Assembly: GCA_030602565.1 (NCBI GenBank) | Contig: JAUVZL010000004.1 | Span: 12,518-76,517 of the forward strand | Length of the DNA: 64,000 nucleotides | Reading direction: 5' to 3' | Origin: Candidatus Stahliibacteriota bacterium | Lineage (GTDB): Bacteria; Hydrothermota; Tepidihabitantia; SM23-42 | Shown here: piece after piece, positions 1 to 10,700 of the stretch | Position numbering within the stretch: position 1 is the first letter of the stretch | How the letters are laid out: the number at the start of each line of letters is the position of its first letter | The notes under the pieces: model-generated | The model's input: the letters and a program-made list of their open reading frames with translations, nothing else | Database searches by the model: none | Told to the model about the DNA's origin: nothing | Position numbers and translations under genes: made by a program

Positions 1-357
1 ATTGTACCCCGAGAATTCTTGCTTTCGATCATCACACCCCGTTTGGTCCCGGGTAAAGGAGAAACCGATGTCTGCGTTATGTACAATACCTTGATCGGTA
101 AAAAGGACGGTAAAAAAGTGAAGATCGAATATTACATGTGGGACGAGCCGCGTGAACCAAAAGAGATATCCGCAATGATGCGGGTAACCGGATTCCCTCT
201 GGCAATTACCGCCGCGATGATTGCCAAGGGCAAAATTACGGAAAAAGGCATTGTTGCGCCTGAAGATGCGATTAAAGGTGACCTTTACACCGAATTCATG
301 GACGAACTCAAAAGGCGCCAAATAGACATATTAGAGGTTTTTGAAACCATAGAGTAG
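1..357 (+). CDS. Saccharopine dehydrogenase-family protein, C-terminal part (5' end outside window)
   Basis: Frame open from the window start; motif SAMMRVTGFP...GIVAPE is typical of the saccharopine dehydrogenase C-terminal domain. Confidence 0.75.
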   Translation: MVPREFLLSIITPRLVPGKGETDVCVMYNTLIGKKDGKKVKIEYYMWDEPREPKEISAMMRVTGFPLAITAAMIAKGKITEKGIVAPEDAIKGDLYTEFMDELKRRQIDILEVFETIE

Positions 358-375
358 TCTGTGCAACAGAATCGC

Positions 376-410
376 CCCCACACCAAAGATTTTGGTGTGG
401 GGTTTTTTTT
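376..410 (+). terminator. Intrinsic terminator, 12-bp stem plus T8
   Basis: CCCCACACCAAA-GAT-TTTGGTGTGGGG followed by TTTTTTTT, between convergent genes. Confidence 0.85.
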
Positions 411-413
411 CGC

Positions 414-3400
414 TTAACCCAGCTTAGTAGGCAGCTTCAGACTCGGTCTTTTCCCAAACTTGGGGATCTTGGGCGGTCTCTTTTTCATTAACTTCAGACA
501 TTCTTTTACGCCTCTTGTTAGTTGTGGGTCGCGACCTTTAACATAATCCTGCGGTCTGTTCTCAACTTCGATATCCGGGTCAGTTCCGTAATTCTCCACA
601 TGCCAGCCGACGTCAATAAACCAGAAAGAGTATTCTGGTTGGGTAGTCAAACCACCGTCAGACAAGGCATAATATGGAGAAATGCCGATAACGCCACCCC
701 AGGTTCGTTTTCCAATAAGCGGTCCGAGCTTATATAATTTGAAGGCATGGCTGAATATGTCGCCATCTGAGCCGGCGTTTTCATTGGTTAAACAGACAAT
801 TGGACCAAGTACTGATTCTGAAGGATATGGTTCAGGCGGTGCCCAACGTTGAATGTCATAGCCGACTCTCTTACGTGCCAATTTTTCAAGGAGGAGTTCT
901 GAAACGTGGCCGCCGCGATTGAACCTGACGTCGACGATAAGACCTGGATATTGAATTTCACTCAAGAAATAGCGATGGAATTCAGCAAATCCAGCGGGTC
1001 CCATATCTGGGATATGGACATATCCTATCTTGTGCTTGCTCGCCTGGTGGATCTTTGCGCGGTTTACCTCAACCCAATCACGGTAGCGCGCCCCGGCTTC
1101 ATCCTTAAGAGCTTTTACGGTAACCGTTTTTTTGTTTCTTCCTTTTGAATTTGCCGTGGTTATGGCGAGCTCTACACCTGCACGATTGACCAGCATCTCC
1201 CCGGGCAATGTTTTTTTGTGGATTCTTTTGCCGTCGATGCTGAATAGGAGGTCGCCTTTTTTGATATTCAATCCTGGTGCGAGCAAAGGCGAAGTCTTGG
1301 ATTGATCCCAGGGGTCCCCTTTGACAATGTTTGTTATGCAATACGCATTGAATTTCCGGTCGTATGCCAAATCAGCGCCAATAAAGCCCTGTCTGTACTG
1401 GGGATGTTTTCGGTAGTCGCCACCCCATTCATAGGCGTGTGAAGTACCAAGTTCACCCTGCATTTCCCAGATTAGATCAGAGAATTCTGTGCGTGTACCG
1501 AGTCGGTCCAGCAAAGGCAGGTATTTTTTGTACACCTTTTTCCAATCGATCCCTGACATATCTTTGGTCCAGAAATGATCGCGCTGCAAACGCCAGACAT
1601 CGCGGTACATCTGGCGCCATTCATTGCGCGGTTCAACAAGTACTTTTATGCGCGCGAGATCAAGCCAACCGCTTTTTGGTCCGACCGGATCTTTTTGGAG
1701 TTTCTCATCTAGTTTTTCAACCGGTTTAGCAACCCTCAATCGATTTTGTGCTCGGTATACAAGGATTTCACCGCTTTGAGAGACTTTGAAACTGACGATG
1801 CCTGAAGTGATGATACCTGCCTTTTGCTCCTTAAGGTCAAAGACATGGAGTGTCGCCTTGGATTGGACAGCCTCAGTAAACCATGATTCAATACCGCCGA
1901 TGATTGGAGATTTCGTGTACAAAACCTTATCCTTGATCCCCCAAATCTGTTGGTATATGCCAGCTTGCACTGGAAAAGGTATGACCCGATCTTGAATACC
2001 TGAAATGTCGATTTTTAAACGCTTTAACGGCTTCTTGGATTGTAACATCGTCTTGTCAGAAGCCGGCATCTGGAGTCCTTTTGGTGGGATCTGGGTGTAC
2101 TTAAATGGTGAAGCTGTATCTTTACTCAGGGTTATTAGATAAGGTTTCATATTTGCTGGAAAGCCGAGCTCAAACTGCATTGTGTCATATACCGGGTCAA
2201 AATGCCGATTCGACAAAAAATAGAGGTAATTGCCATCAGGGTCAAAGTTCGGTGAGAAATCCCATAATACAGTCCTTGTGGCAACATACGTCTTGCTGGT
2301 CCTGGTATTGCATAATTTGATACACTGAGTCCTTGTTGAATTCGTGAAACTATAGGCAAGCCACGTACCGTCGGGTGACCAGGTTATTCCGTTGATTCGA
2401 TAATATTTGCTCCGGTCGAGTACTATGCGCTTCTTTGATTTTAGATTCACAAGGATCAATTCAAAACGATGATTGGTTAGGGCAACCAGTGGTTTGGTTG
2501 GCGAAGGTTCAAGTTCGATCGGTCGACCAATATCCAACATGGGAAGGTTTTCTACTTTCTTACTGCCTTTAGTATGGTGGATTTGCAGAGCATCTTCACC
2601 TTTGTCATCAGTGACGACAATCAGGTGTTTTCCATCTGAGAGCCATCGGCCAAGACGGTAACGCGCCTTGGTTGTTTGTCCGGCTTGCATTACCGGACCT
2701 TCCCAGTTCGACATTGAAAAAACCTTGCCGCGACTCGTTACTGAAACCATCTCACCTTTAGGGTGTACTGAGTAGTCTTCTAAATAATCTGCTGCATTGA
2801 CAAATTTGCGATTAGTTTGAACACGCGGACTATGGTACTGGATTCTTACTTTCTTTGATTTACCTTGCGCAGGATAGTAGACATATAAGTCACCTCCAGC
2901 CTGGTATGTGATGTTTTTGCCATCAGTACTTGCATTTCTCACGTAGAAGTCAGTGTGAATGGTGTGGCGCTGTAGTCCTTTACCACTTGGCAAACATGAG
3001 TAGATATTGCCGATACCTTCATGATCACATATGAAATAGATCCTTTTGCCAATCCACATCGGTGAGGCGAAATTTCCCTTAAGGTCTATCAACTTGTTAA
3101 AATTGCCGCTGCCGCGCGCATCTATCCAGAGTACGCCCGCAGTACCTCCACGATATCTTTTCCAGCGTGCCGGATCAGCGGTGTACCGACCAATGACAAC
3201 ACTTGAACCAGGACCAAATGAAATCTGGGTAGCTGGTCCAACGCGAATGATTCTCGGTGTGTCCTTATATTTACTTACTGAATAGATGTACATCGTCCTT
3301 AAATACCACTGTTTAGTATTGCTCGCGAAAATGATTCGCTTGCTGTCATGACTCCAGCCAACTACGGTGCAAGTGGTGCCTAAGTAAGTCAACCTTTTTG

Positions 3401-3629
3401 CAGTTCCACCTTGGGCTGGCATAGAGTATATTTCAGATTGTCCTTCTTCAAAACCGACAAATGCAACATCCTTGCCATCAGGTGAAATCAAAGGGTGGCT
3501 TACTTGAGCGAGGTTTGAGGTCAACCTTCGTGCCATACCGCCCGGTGCAGGAACTGTCCAAAGATCATCTTCGCAAACAAAGATAATCGTATTTTTATTA
3601 ATTGTTGAAAAACGATAATAACCTTGCAT
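414..3629 (-). CDS. Tricorn protease homolog (peptidase S41)
   Basis: 1071 aa; N-terminal propeller repeats, WKRYRGG motif, PDZ region, DVRFNRGG and catalytic AGSDGD, GKRTWGG. Confidence 0.95.
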   Translation of the reverse strand: MQGYYRFSTINKNTIIFVCEDDLWTVPAPGGMARRLTSNLAQVSHPLISPDGKDVAFVGFEEGQSEIYSMPAQGGTAKRLTYLGTTCTVVGWSHDSKRIIFASNTKQWYLRTMYIYSVSKYKDTPRIIRVGPATQISFGPGSSVVIGRYTADPARWKRYRGGTAGVLWIDARGSGNFNKLIDLKGNFASPMWIGKRIYFICDHEGIGNIYSCLPSGKGLQRHTIHTDFYVRNASTDGKNITYQAGGDLYVYYPAQGKSKKVRIQYHSPRVQTNRKFVNAADYLEDYSVHPKGEMVSVTSRGKVFSMSNWEGPVMQAGQTTKARYRLGRWLSDGKHLIVVTDDKGEDALQIHHTKGSKKVENLPMLDIGRPIELEPSPTKPLVALTNHRFELILVNLKSKKRIVLDRSKYYRINGITWSPDGTWLAYSFTNSTRTQCIKLCNTRTSKTYVATRTVLWDFSPNFDPDGNYLYFLSNRHFDPVYDTMQFELGFPANMKPYLITLSKDTASPFKYTQIPPKGLQMPASDKTMLQSKKPLKRLKIDISGIQDRVIPFPVQAGIYQQIWGIKDKVLYTKSPIIGGIESWFTEAVQSKATLHVFDLKEQKAGIITSGIVSFKVSQSGEILVYRAQNRLRVAKPVEKLDEKLQKDPVGPKSGWLDLARIKVLVEPRNEWRQMYRDVWRLQRDHFWTKDMSGIDWKKVYKKYLPLLDRLGTRTEFSDLIWEMQGELGTSHAYEWGGDYRKHPQYRQGFIGADLAYDRKFNAYCITNIVKGDPWDQSKTSPLLAPGLNIKKGDLLFSIDGKRIHKKTLPGEMLVNRAGVELAITTANSKGRNKKTVTVKALKDEAGARYRDWVEVNRAKIHQASKHKIGYVHIPDMGPAGFAEFHRYFLSEIQYPGLIVDVRFNRGGHVSELLLEKLARKRVGYDIQRWAPPEPYPSESVLGPIVCLTNENAGSDGDIFSHAFKLYKLGPLIGKRTWGGVIGISPYYALSDGGLTTQPEYSFWFIDVGWHVENYGTDPDIEVENRPQDYVKGRDPQLTRGVKECLKLMKKRPPKIPKFGKRPSLKLPTKLG

Positions 3630-3658
3630 ATAATCTCCTTGTTTGTTTTATTATTTTT

Positions 3659-3686
3659 ATTATAATGATAATCACGCCAGATGCAA
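3659..3686 (-). promoter_or_regulatory. sigma70-type promoter of tricorn gene
   Basis: TTGCAT-N16-TATAAT on the minus strand, upstream of an AAGGAG RBS. Confidence 0.65.
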
Positions 3687-3711
3687 GTCTTGAATCACCT
3701 TGCTCTTTGTC

Positions 3712-3739
3712 TTGACATATTATTTATTTAGAATAGACT
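3712..3739 (+). promoter_or_regulatory. sigma70-type promoter of the birA-coaX-tsa operon
   Basis: TTGACA-N16-TAGACT followed by TAAGGAGGT RBS. Confidence 0.7.
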
Positions 3740-3752
3740 AATATAAGGAGGT

Positions 3753-4259
3753 ATGATGAAAATATGGGTTTGCTTTGTTTTACCGCTGATTATTATTGGC
3801 TGTGCTGGTCAGGGCGCGATTGAGTTCGGCATTAATGATGGCGCGCTCTTTGACGGCACCCTCGGTGATATCAGTATGACCGTTACGAGAATTGAGATGC
3901 CTGAAGGTGATGTATACACAATGGTCTGGGAAGGTGCAAAAGAAGTGGTCGTTGCCCTCGGGGTTGCTGATTTCGTTAGTATCACTGATCGCTATGTTGA
4001 GGTAACCCCAGGTTCTTATCAGAATGTCAGGTTGACTGTTGAATCAGTACGTTATATACAGGATAGCAAAAGTGTTCTACTTATTGATACATCATACCGA
4101 TTTACTGCCACTGCATTCTCAGCACTTCCCGTCGCAGAGAATTTCGATCAAGAATTTGTCGTCGGTATTATGAGCACAACATGGTTTGATATTGATCCGC
4201 CAAAGATCAAGGACGGGTACGTAGCGTTTCAAGGAGCATCGCTTAAGATTAATTATTAA
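3753..4259 (+). CDS. Hypothetical lipoprotein
   Basis: Strong RBS; hydrophobic signal ending IIIGC (lipobox-like). Confidence 0.65.
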   Translation: MMKIWVCFVLPLIIIGCAGQGAIEFGINDGALFDGTLGDISMTVTRIEMPEGDVYTMVWEGAKEVVVALGVADFVSITDRYVEVTPGSYQNVRLTVESVRYIQDSKSVLLIDTSYRFTATAFSALPVAENFDQEFVVGIMSTTWFDIDPPKIKDGYVAFQGASLKINY

Positions 4260-4264
4260 TCTTA

Positions 4265-4960
4265 ATGATCAAGCAGATCATCAGGTTCAAAACAGTAGTA
4301 TCGACACAAGATACAGCAAAGAGATTTGTAAGTCAAAATAAAGAGCTGGCGATTTCCTCTTTACATCAGAAAAAAGGTCGCGGTAGACAGGGCCGGACAT
4401 GGTATTCACCAGCCGGGGGATTATATGTTTCACTTTTGCTTTTTCCACGTACTCAGCTGAGTTCGATCCCCATGTTGGCATCTCTGGCCGTGGTGAAGGT
4501 CCTGGAAGATTATGGTTTTTCCCGGATATCAATACACTGGCCCAATGATGTCCTGCTCAATCAGAAAAAAGTATCAGGTATCATATGTGAGCAGTTCAAG
4601 AATGCAATTATCTGCGGGATAGGTTTGAATGTCAATAATGATGACTTTTCACCGAGATTAGAAAATGCCACATCTCTCAAGATCGATGCAGGAAAGACTT
4701 TTGATATCGACGAGATACTCAGTCATTTTATCGGCAAATTCAATCCGCTGTACAACGAGTTGCAGAGTCTGGGAATAAAGGTGAAGGAGGTATTGAATTA
4801 CATCGATAGTATTGGCGAACCAGTTGAAGTGGTTACGTCCAAGGGCGTTATCAGGGGTTCGGTGTATGATATTGATGATGATTGGGCGCTTTTACTGAGA
4901 GATGAAACTGGGATGATCAGGAAGTTCTATTACGGTGATGTCCGCAAGTTGAGATGGTAG
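4265..4960 (+). CDS. birA: Biotin--[acetyl-CoA-carboxylase] ligase, lacking the N-terminal HTH
   Basis: STQD, QKKGRGRQGRTWYSP, WPND, KVSGII, GIGLNVN motifs. Confidence 0.93.
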   Translation: MIKQIIRFKTVVSTQDTAKRFVSQNKELAISSLHQKKGRGRQGRTWYSPAGGLYVSLLLFPRTQLSSIPMLASLAVVKVLEDYGFSRISIHWPNDVLLNQKKVSGIICEQFKNAIICGIGLNVNNDDFSPRLENATSLKIDAGKTFDIDEILSHFIGKFNPLYNELQSLGIKVKEVLNYIDSIGEPVEVVTSKGVIRGSVYDIDDDWALLLRDETGMIRKFYYGDVRKLRW

Positions 4961-5691
4961 CCGCTTTTGACATTGGTAATTCAAACATCCATCTTGGTGT
5001 GTATCGCGGTGGGCGTCTTGTGAAAAGAACAGTATCGCCAGTACATAGTAAACATATTGAGTGCGACCTAATGAAGATGCTGGACAGAAAAAAAATTACT
5101 GGTGCCGCTATTGCTTCAGTTAAACCCAAGCTTACATCAAAAGTAGTGCGTTTTCTCAAAGGCCAATACAGGATAGAACCAGTCATTGTTTCCTCAAAAG
5201 TAGATTGTCATTTGAAATTTGACTATCACAAGCCAACGACGCTTGGTGCAGACCGTATTGCTAATGCAGTCGGTGGCTTGGCGCGGTATAAAAAAGATCT
5301 GCTCATCGCGAGTTTTGGAACGGCGACGACCCTTGATATTGTTTTAAAGGACGGTCATTACTTGGGTGGACTTATCACACCAGGTGTGGGTTTACTCTTG
5401 GATGGGCTTACAAGCCGAACCGCACTTTTGCAAAAAGTCGCTCTTCAAGCACCCCGTAGGTTCATCGCTCAAAGTACAGAAGAGTGTATTCAGTCAGGTG
5501 TTGTCAACGGTGCGGTAGTGATGATCCAAGGGCTTATCCAGGGGATAAGGCGGGAATGTAAGAAGAGATTACTATGTGTTGCGACTGGAGGCTGGGGTCA
5601 GTTTATGGCAAAGCAGGTTAAGCAAATCGCTTGTTTTGATCAAGATCTTGCTACCTTTGGAGTTTTCAAAATATATGAATACAACGCATGA
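4954..5691 (+). CDS. coaX: Type III pantothenate kinase
   Basis: DIGNSN, LGADR, FGTATT, GGLITPG, ATGG motifs; usual neighbour of birA. Confidence 0.95.
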   Translation: MVAAFDIGNSNIHLGVYRGGRLVKRTVSPVHSKHIECDLMKMLDRKKITGAAIASVKPKLTSKVVRFLKGQYRIEPVIVSSKVDCHLKFDYHKPTTLGADRIANAVGGLARYKKDLLIASFGTATTLDIVLKDGHYLGGLITPGVGLLLDGLTSRTALLQKVALQAPRRFIAQSTEECIQSGVVNGAVVMIQGLIQGIRRECKKRLLCVATGGWGQFMAKQVKQIACFDQDLATFGVFKIYEYNA

Positions 5692-5692
5692 C

Positions 5693-6118
5693 ATGAAACG
5701 TACCAGGAAAATAACATCGTCTTCTCCAAAAGAGACTATGGATCTCGGTAAGGCACTCGCTAGCGAGCTGAAACCAGGGGATATCATCTGTCTGTACGGC
5801 GAATTAGGGAGCGGCAAGACTGTTTTTGTAAAGGGTGTATGTATGGGTTTGGGTGTTGAGGAAGAGGTTACCAGTTCAAGCTTTGTTATTGCAACTGAAT
5901 ATGAAGGGAGGATGCCGGTTGTTCATATCGACCTCTACCGTCTCGACAAGCAAGCATTGGATATGTTACTGATCGACGAGTATTTTATTGAGGATGGTAT
6001 TACCGTGATCGAATGGGCGGATCGACTCGATGCAAAATCGATCGCCGGTATCTATGTGAAAATTGTCATAGATGAGCAGAAAAAACGGGAGCTGACAATT
6101 GAAGATCTTAGGGATTGA
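5693..6118 (+). CDS. tsaE: tRNA threonylcarbamoyladenosine biosynthesis ATPase TsaE
   Basis: GELGSGKT Walker A, HIDLYRL, IEWAD. Start moved to the ATG at 5693, just after the coaX stop. Confidence 0.93.
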   Translation: MKRTRKITSSSPKETMDLGKALASELKPGDIICLYGELGSGKTVFVKGVCMGLGVEEEVTSSSFVIATEYEGRMPVVHIDLYRLDKQALDMLLIDEYFIEDGITVIEWADRLDAKSIAGIYVKIVIDEQKKRELTIEDLRD

Positions 6119-6785
6119 AACATCATCGACTGTTTTTTCTTTGTCAGTGTATGAAGATAAGAGACTGCTTTGTGAAATTAAGAGGAGTCGTCAGCCACAT
6201 AGCGGGTCTCGGGATGCTGGGCTGTTTACTGAAGCAAGGCAACTTATCGACGAATTCAACAAAGGAGAGATCACCGCGCTTGCGGTGAGCATTGGACCGG
6301 GGATGTTTACGTCGTTGAGAGTTGGCCTTAGTTTAGCTAAAGGGTTAGCTTTGGCAAAAGGGATCCCTACGGTTGCGGTAAACACACTCGATGTCATCGG
6401 CATTCCATTATCGTTTACAAAAGAACCTGTCATTGCCGTAATCAATGCATTCCATCAGGAAATATATGCTGCCGTATATGAATGGGGTAAAAGAACGAGC
6501 GCGTATAAACTTACAACACCTGATATGGTTCTTGACCATATTGAAGGCAGTGCAATAATCGCTGGTTCTGGTGTTGATGTATTCAGAAAAAAAGGCTTGG
6601 CGATTAATAGCGAGAAGCTGATTTTCTTAGAAGAAGATTTTGTTTTACCTTCTGCAGTAAAAGTTGTGAGCATAGCGTTACCGAAAATCAAGGCGAAGGA
6701 ATTTGACGACATTGAAGTACTTGAACCTTTTTATATAAAGAAGACCGATGCCGAGAGAAATTACAATAAGACCAATGTACCTTGA
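6099..6785 (+). CDS. tsaB: tRNA threonylcarbamoyladenosine biosynthesis protein TsaB
   Basis: ILGIETSS, GPGMFTSLRVG, C-terminal EPFYIK; TTG start overlapping tsaE. Confidence 0.92.
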   Translation: MKILGIETSSTVFSLSVYEDKRLLCEIKRSRQPHSGSRDAGLFTEARQLIDEFNKGEITALAVSIGPGMFTSLRVGLSLAKGLALAKGIPTVAVNTLDVIGIPLSFTKEPVIAVINAFHQEIYAAVYEWGKRTSAYKLTTPDMVLDHIEGSAIIAGSGVDVFRKKGLAINSEKLIFLEEDFVLPSAVKVVSIALPKIKAKEFDDIEVLEPFYIKKTDAERNYNKTNVP

Positions 6786-7194
6786 TGACATAGACAAGGT
6801 CCATGCATTAGAGGTAGAGCTTTTCCCAAACCCTTGGCCCAGGTCTTTTTTCGAACATGATTTGGTGGCGAAAAGAACTATTGCTTTTATCATAGAATGC
6901 GAGAAAGAAATGATAGGGTATTCGTTAGCATCTTGTCATGATGGGAAGTTCCACATAACGAATATTGCGGTAACTAAAGAGTGTCAGCGCAAGGGGTTTG
7001 GGACTGAATTAGTGCACCGGCTTGAAAGGATCGCGCTTGATCGAGGTTGCACTTATGCCTATCTTGAGGTCAGGACTGATAACATTGCGGCGATCAAGAT
7101 GTATAAAGATCTTGGTTATGCTATTGCACGCCGGCACAAGCTATATTATATTAATGGTGACGATGCCTATGTCATGGATAAGGAGCTAAGATGA
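6748..7194 (+). CDS. rimI: Ribosomal-protein-alanine N-acetyltransferase (GNAT)
   Basis: FPNPW, HITNIAV..QRKGFG, LEVRTDN..A..MY, YYINGDDA; follows tsaB. Confidence 0.9.
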   Translation: MPREITIRPMYLDDIDKVHALEVELFPNPWPRSFFEHDLVAKRTIAFIIECEKEMIGYSLASCHDGKFHITNIAVTKECQRKGFGTELVHRLERIALDRGCTYAYLEVRTDNIAAIKMYKDLGYAIARRHKLYYINGDDAYVMDKELR

Positions 7195-7718
7195 ATATAA
7201 TCCTTATGTTTGCACTTATCACCGGTGTGAACCTTTACTATGTGAAAGATTCACCGGATTTACTGGTCAGGATAACTTCGGAAACCCAGGTTGAGAACCT
7301 GACTCTGTACTACAGTTTCTCAAGGACTGATTGGGATTCCGTGGTTGTAGAACGGAAAGGTAGGTTGTTTGAAACCAAATTGAAGTCACCCGACATACCG
7401 CTTTTAAAGGTCATCGGCCTATATTTTACATACACTAACGGTGAAACTGATGACAATAATGGTGGATTATACCTTTATGAATTGAGTATATACCCACGTA
7501 TCCTCATGCCATTTTCTCTTGAAGATTTTGAGGTCATGGTCGAGCAGGCAAGAAAAAAGATACTATCTCACACTCATATTAGCGAAGCGGTCAGGTTACT
7601 CAGTTATATGGGAGATATGCTGCAAGTAGTTCCGTATGTCAAGGATGAACAGAGTGAATCAGACAGGAATAGATTGCTCATTGAAGTTGAGGACCTGAAG
7701 AGTAAAATCAGCCGATAA
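7191..7718 (+). CDS. Hypothetical exported protein
   Basis: ATGA overlap with rimI, AAGGAG RBS, short hydrophobic N-terminus. Confidence 0.6.
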   Translation: MNIILMFALITGVNLYYVKDSPDLLVRITSETQVENLTLYYSFSRTDWDSVVVERKGRLFETKLKSPDIPLLKVIGLYFTYTNGETDDNNGGLYLYELSIYPRILMPFSLEDFEVMVEQARKKILSHTHISEAVRLLSYMGDMLQVVPYVKDEQSESDRNRLLIEVEDLKSKISR

Positions 7719-7730
7719 AATGAATCCTTT

Positions 7731-10700
7731 ATGAAATGCCCGAAGTGTGGTTTTAAGAACCCAGAAGATGCCAGGTTCTGCAATCAGTGTGGTGCTCAAC
7801 TCCATGTTGTCACACGCCGCAGAGACCGGGGGCAGCGAAGACGTGTCGCGGTGCTTTTCGCAGACATTTCGGGTTTTACGCCACTTTCAGAAAGCCTCGA
7901 CCCCGAGGAAGTCAGGGATTTAATAGACGCTTGTTTGCAGCGTTTAGCCGGGGTAATCTATAAATATGAGGGGTACATTGATAAATTCATCGGCGATTGT
8001 ATTATGGCGCTTTTTGGTGCCCCGGTTGCTCATGAAGATGATCCACTGCGCGCCGTCATCTCGGCACTCGAACTTCAGCAAGAAATAAGAGAGTTTAACA
8101 AAGAAAAGAAATTAGATTTCTTTCTTTCCATCGGTGTTAATTACGGACTAGTTGCTACTGGCGACCTTGGTCGACCTGGCGAGTATACAGTGATGGGTGA
8201 TGTTGTAAATCTGGCGCAGCGTCTCCAATACGCAGCTCCAAAAGGTCGAATCTATACGAGCGAATCAGTCTATAAACATACCTCAGAAGAGATAACATTC
8301 AAGAAGTTGAAGAGGATAAAAGTCAAGGGTAAGAAAGTAGCAGTCCTTGTTTATGAACCACAATCGGTCCAGCGACAGTATTCATTGCGTCGGATAAAAG
8401 AGTTGCCCTTGGTTGGTCGTGGTCAGGAGTTGGATAAACTCCTCAGTTTGTATTTGAAAACCGAATCTGGCTCTGGTCAGATCGTGTCGATCATTGGTGA
8501 AGCCGGGATAGGTAAGTCAAAGTTGACATATGAATTTAAGAAGCAGCTGACAAAAGATACCTTTGTTATTGAAGGAAGGGGTATTCAATATCTGAGTTCA
8601 GCTTCTTATCTTGTTTTACAGGACATTCTGAAAAACCTTTTAGGTATCGAGGAGATTCGTACAAAAGAGAAAGCGGCGCATCAGGTCGATAAATTCATTA
8701 AGGCAACCCACTTTTCCTCGCTCATAAGGATTGTGCCGTTTCTAAAATACTTCCTGGGTATACCCTTGAGTCCTGGTGATCACAGTCGTTTTACATCGAT
8801 GCAACCAAAAGACCGAATTAGAATGATAAATGAAGCGCTACGCACCTTATTGCTGCGTATCTCGAACATAAAACCACTTGTTATCATATTTGAGGACTGC
8901 CATTGGATTGACCAAGAGACGATTGACTTTATGCACTGGCTGGCAAAAGATATTGGCAACAAAAAGATGATGATAATCAGTTTGTTTCGTCCAGAATTCA
9001 ATATAGGTAAGAAAACGCAGCGCTTGGCTCACTTCACGCAACTTGATCTAAAACCGTTGAATCAGGATGACACAGCTACATTACTGTATGGTTTGCTTCG
9101 CTGCAAGAATATCGAAGATAAGCTGGTAAGACTATTGATGAAAAAATCAGGACGCGTACCATTTTACATCCATGAGCTCGTTAATAACCTTCTGAATAAT
9201 GATATAATATATATTGAAGAAAGTACGGCAAAGTTGCGACGTGGCAAAGAATCGGCCGTTCCACGCACGCTTGATGAATTGGTCATGTCAAAGGTGGACA
9301 AACTCGATGGTGAGCAGAGGGTGATCGTTGATATCGCTGCAGTCATCGGCGACGAGTTTTCAGTTAAGTTGCTTAATACTGTGCTCGAATTAGGTAAAGG
9401 ACTGAAAGATGATCTATTCATGCTGATTCAAAAGGGTATTGTCCAACCCCTGCAAACTGCAAAAGGTACGCCAACGAGTGAGGTAAAATACACTTTTGGT
9501 CATTCGCTTATGAAGGAGGCAATTTATCAATCTCTGCTAAGGAAAACAATAAAAGAGTACCATCAGCAAATTGGTTTTGCAATTGAGCAAGTCTATGCTC
9601 ATGATTTAAGTGAATACTTTGACGTGCTGGCAAATCATTTCTTGATTGCCGGTGAAAAAGGCAAGGCTGTAGAGTATCTGGAAAAGGCGGCAGACCGTAA
9701 GAAAGAGCTCTATGTAAATGAAGAAGCCATTGATCTCTATCACAAGGCTATCAAGCTCATTGATAAAGATAATTATAAAGAAACCGCTGATATGTATGAA
9801 AAGCTCGGTCAGATCTACGAACTCATTGGCCAGTATGATAAAGCGAAAAGTGCTTATGCGGAAATGGGTAAGAGCGGAAAAAAGAATGTTTTGACACGGG
9901 CGCGGTCTTTTATTGCAAGGACCGAGGTATTTATCGGTCAAGGGCTATTTGACCAAGCCATAGCCATGCTCAGTAAAGCCGAACGAGCACTGAAGACGAT
10001 TAGAATATCTAATAGTAAGGCGAAGATTGAGCGAGCTAATATATTACGACTTAAATGTTGGATTTACCGAATAAAAGGTAAGATGGATATAGCTGAGAAA
10101 AAGGGTTTGGAAGCTATTTCCTTGATCAAGAAAGTGAAGAGCAAGAAAGCGTGGCAGCATAACAAAGAGTTGATGCATACATTACTCGTTGCCCATGCGC
10201 CACTTGCTATTGTCTATTCCTTTCTGGGCGAATATGAAAAAGCTGTGCATTTATTGGAACAAGCATTGCTCATTGCTGAAGACCTCGGTGAACGCCGGGC
10301 ACTTGGTGATGTATACAATATTTTGGGTACTATATACCGTACCCAGAGTAAGTTTAACCAGGCAATAGATGCCTTTGCCATGAAATTGAAGATTAGTCAG
10401 GAATTGGGCGACAAGGGTGGTATTGGCATTGCCTACTGTAATCTGGGTAATGTTTATGAGAACAAAGGAGAATATGAAAAAGCGAGTGAACTGCTCAAGA
10501 ACTACTTGAAAATAAATAGAGAACTTGGCAGTAAACATGGTATCGGTACTGCCTACTGCAATTTGGCGGTTGTTTATCAACATTCCTGTGAGTATGGAAA
10601 AGCAGTAGAGGTGCTTGAAGATGCGTTGAAGATCAGCGAAGAACTCGGTGACAACAGAATGATTACACTTGTTTTGCAGACTTTCGGTGAAGTATACGTG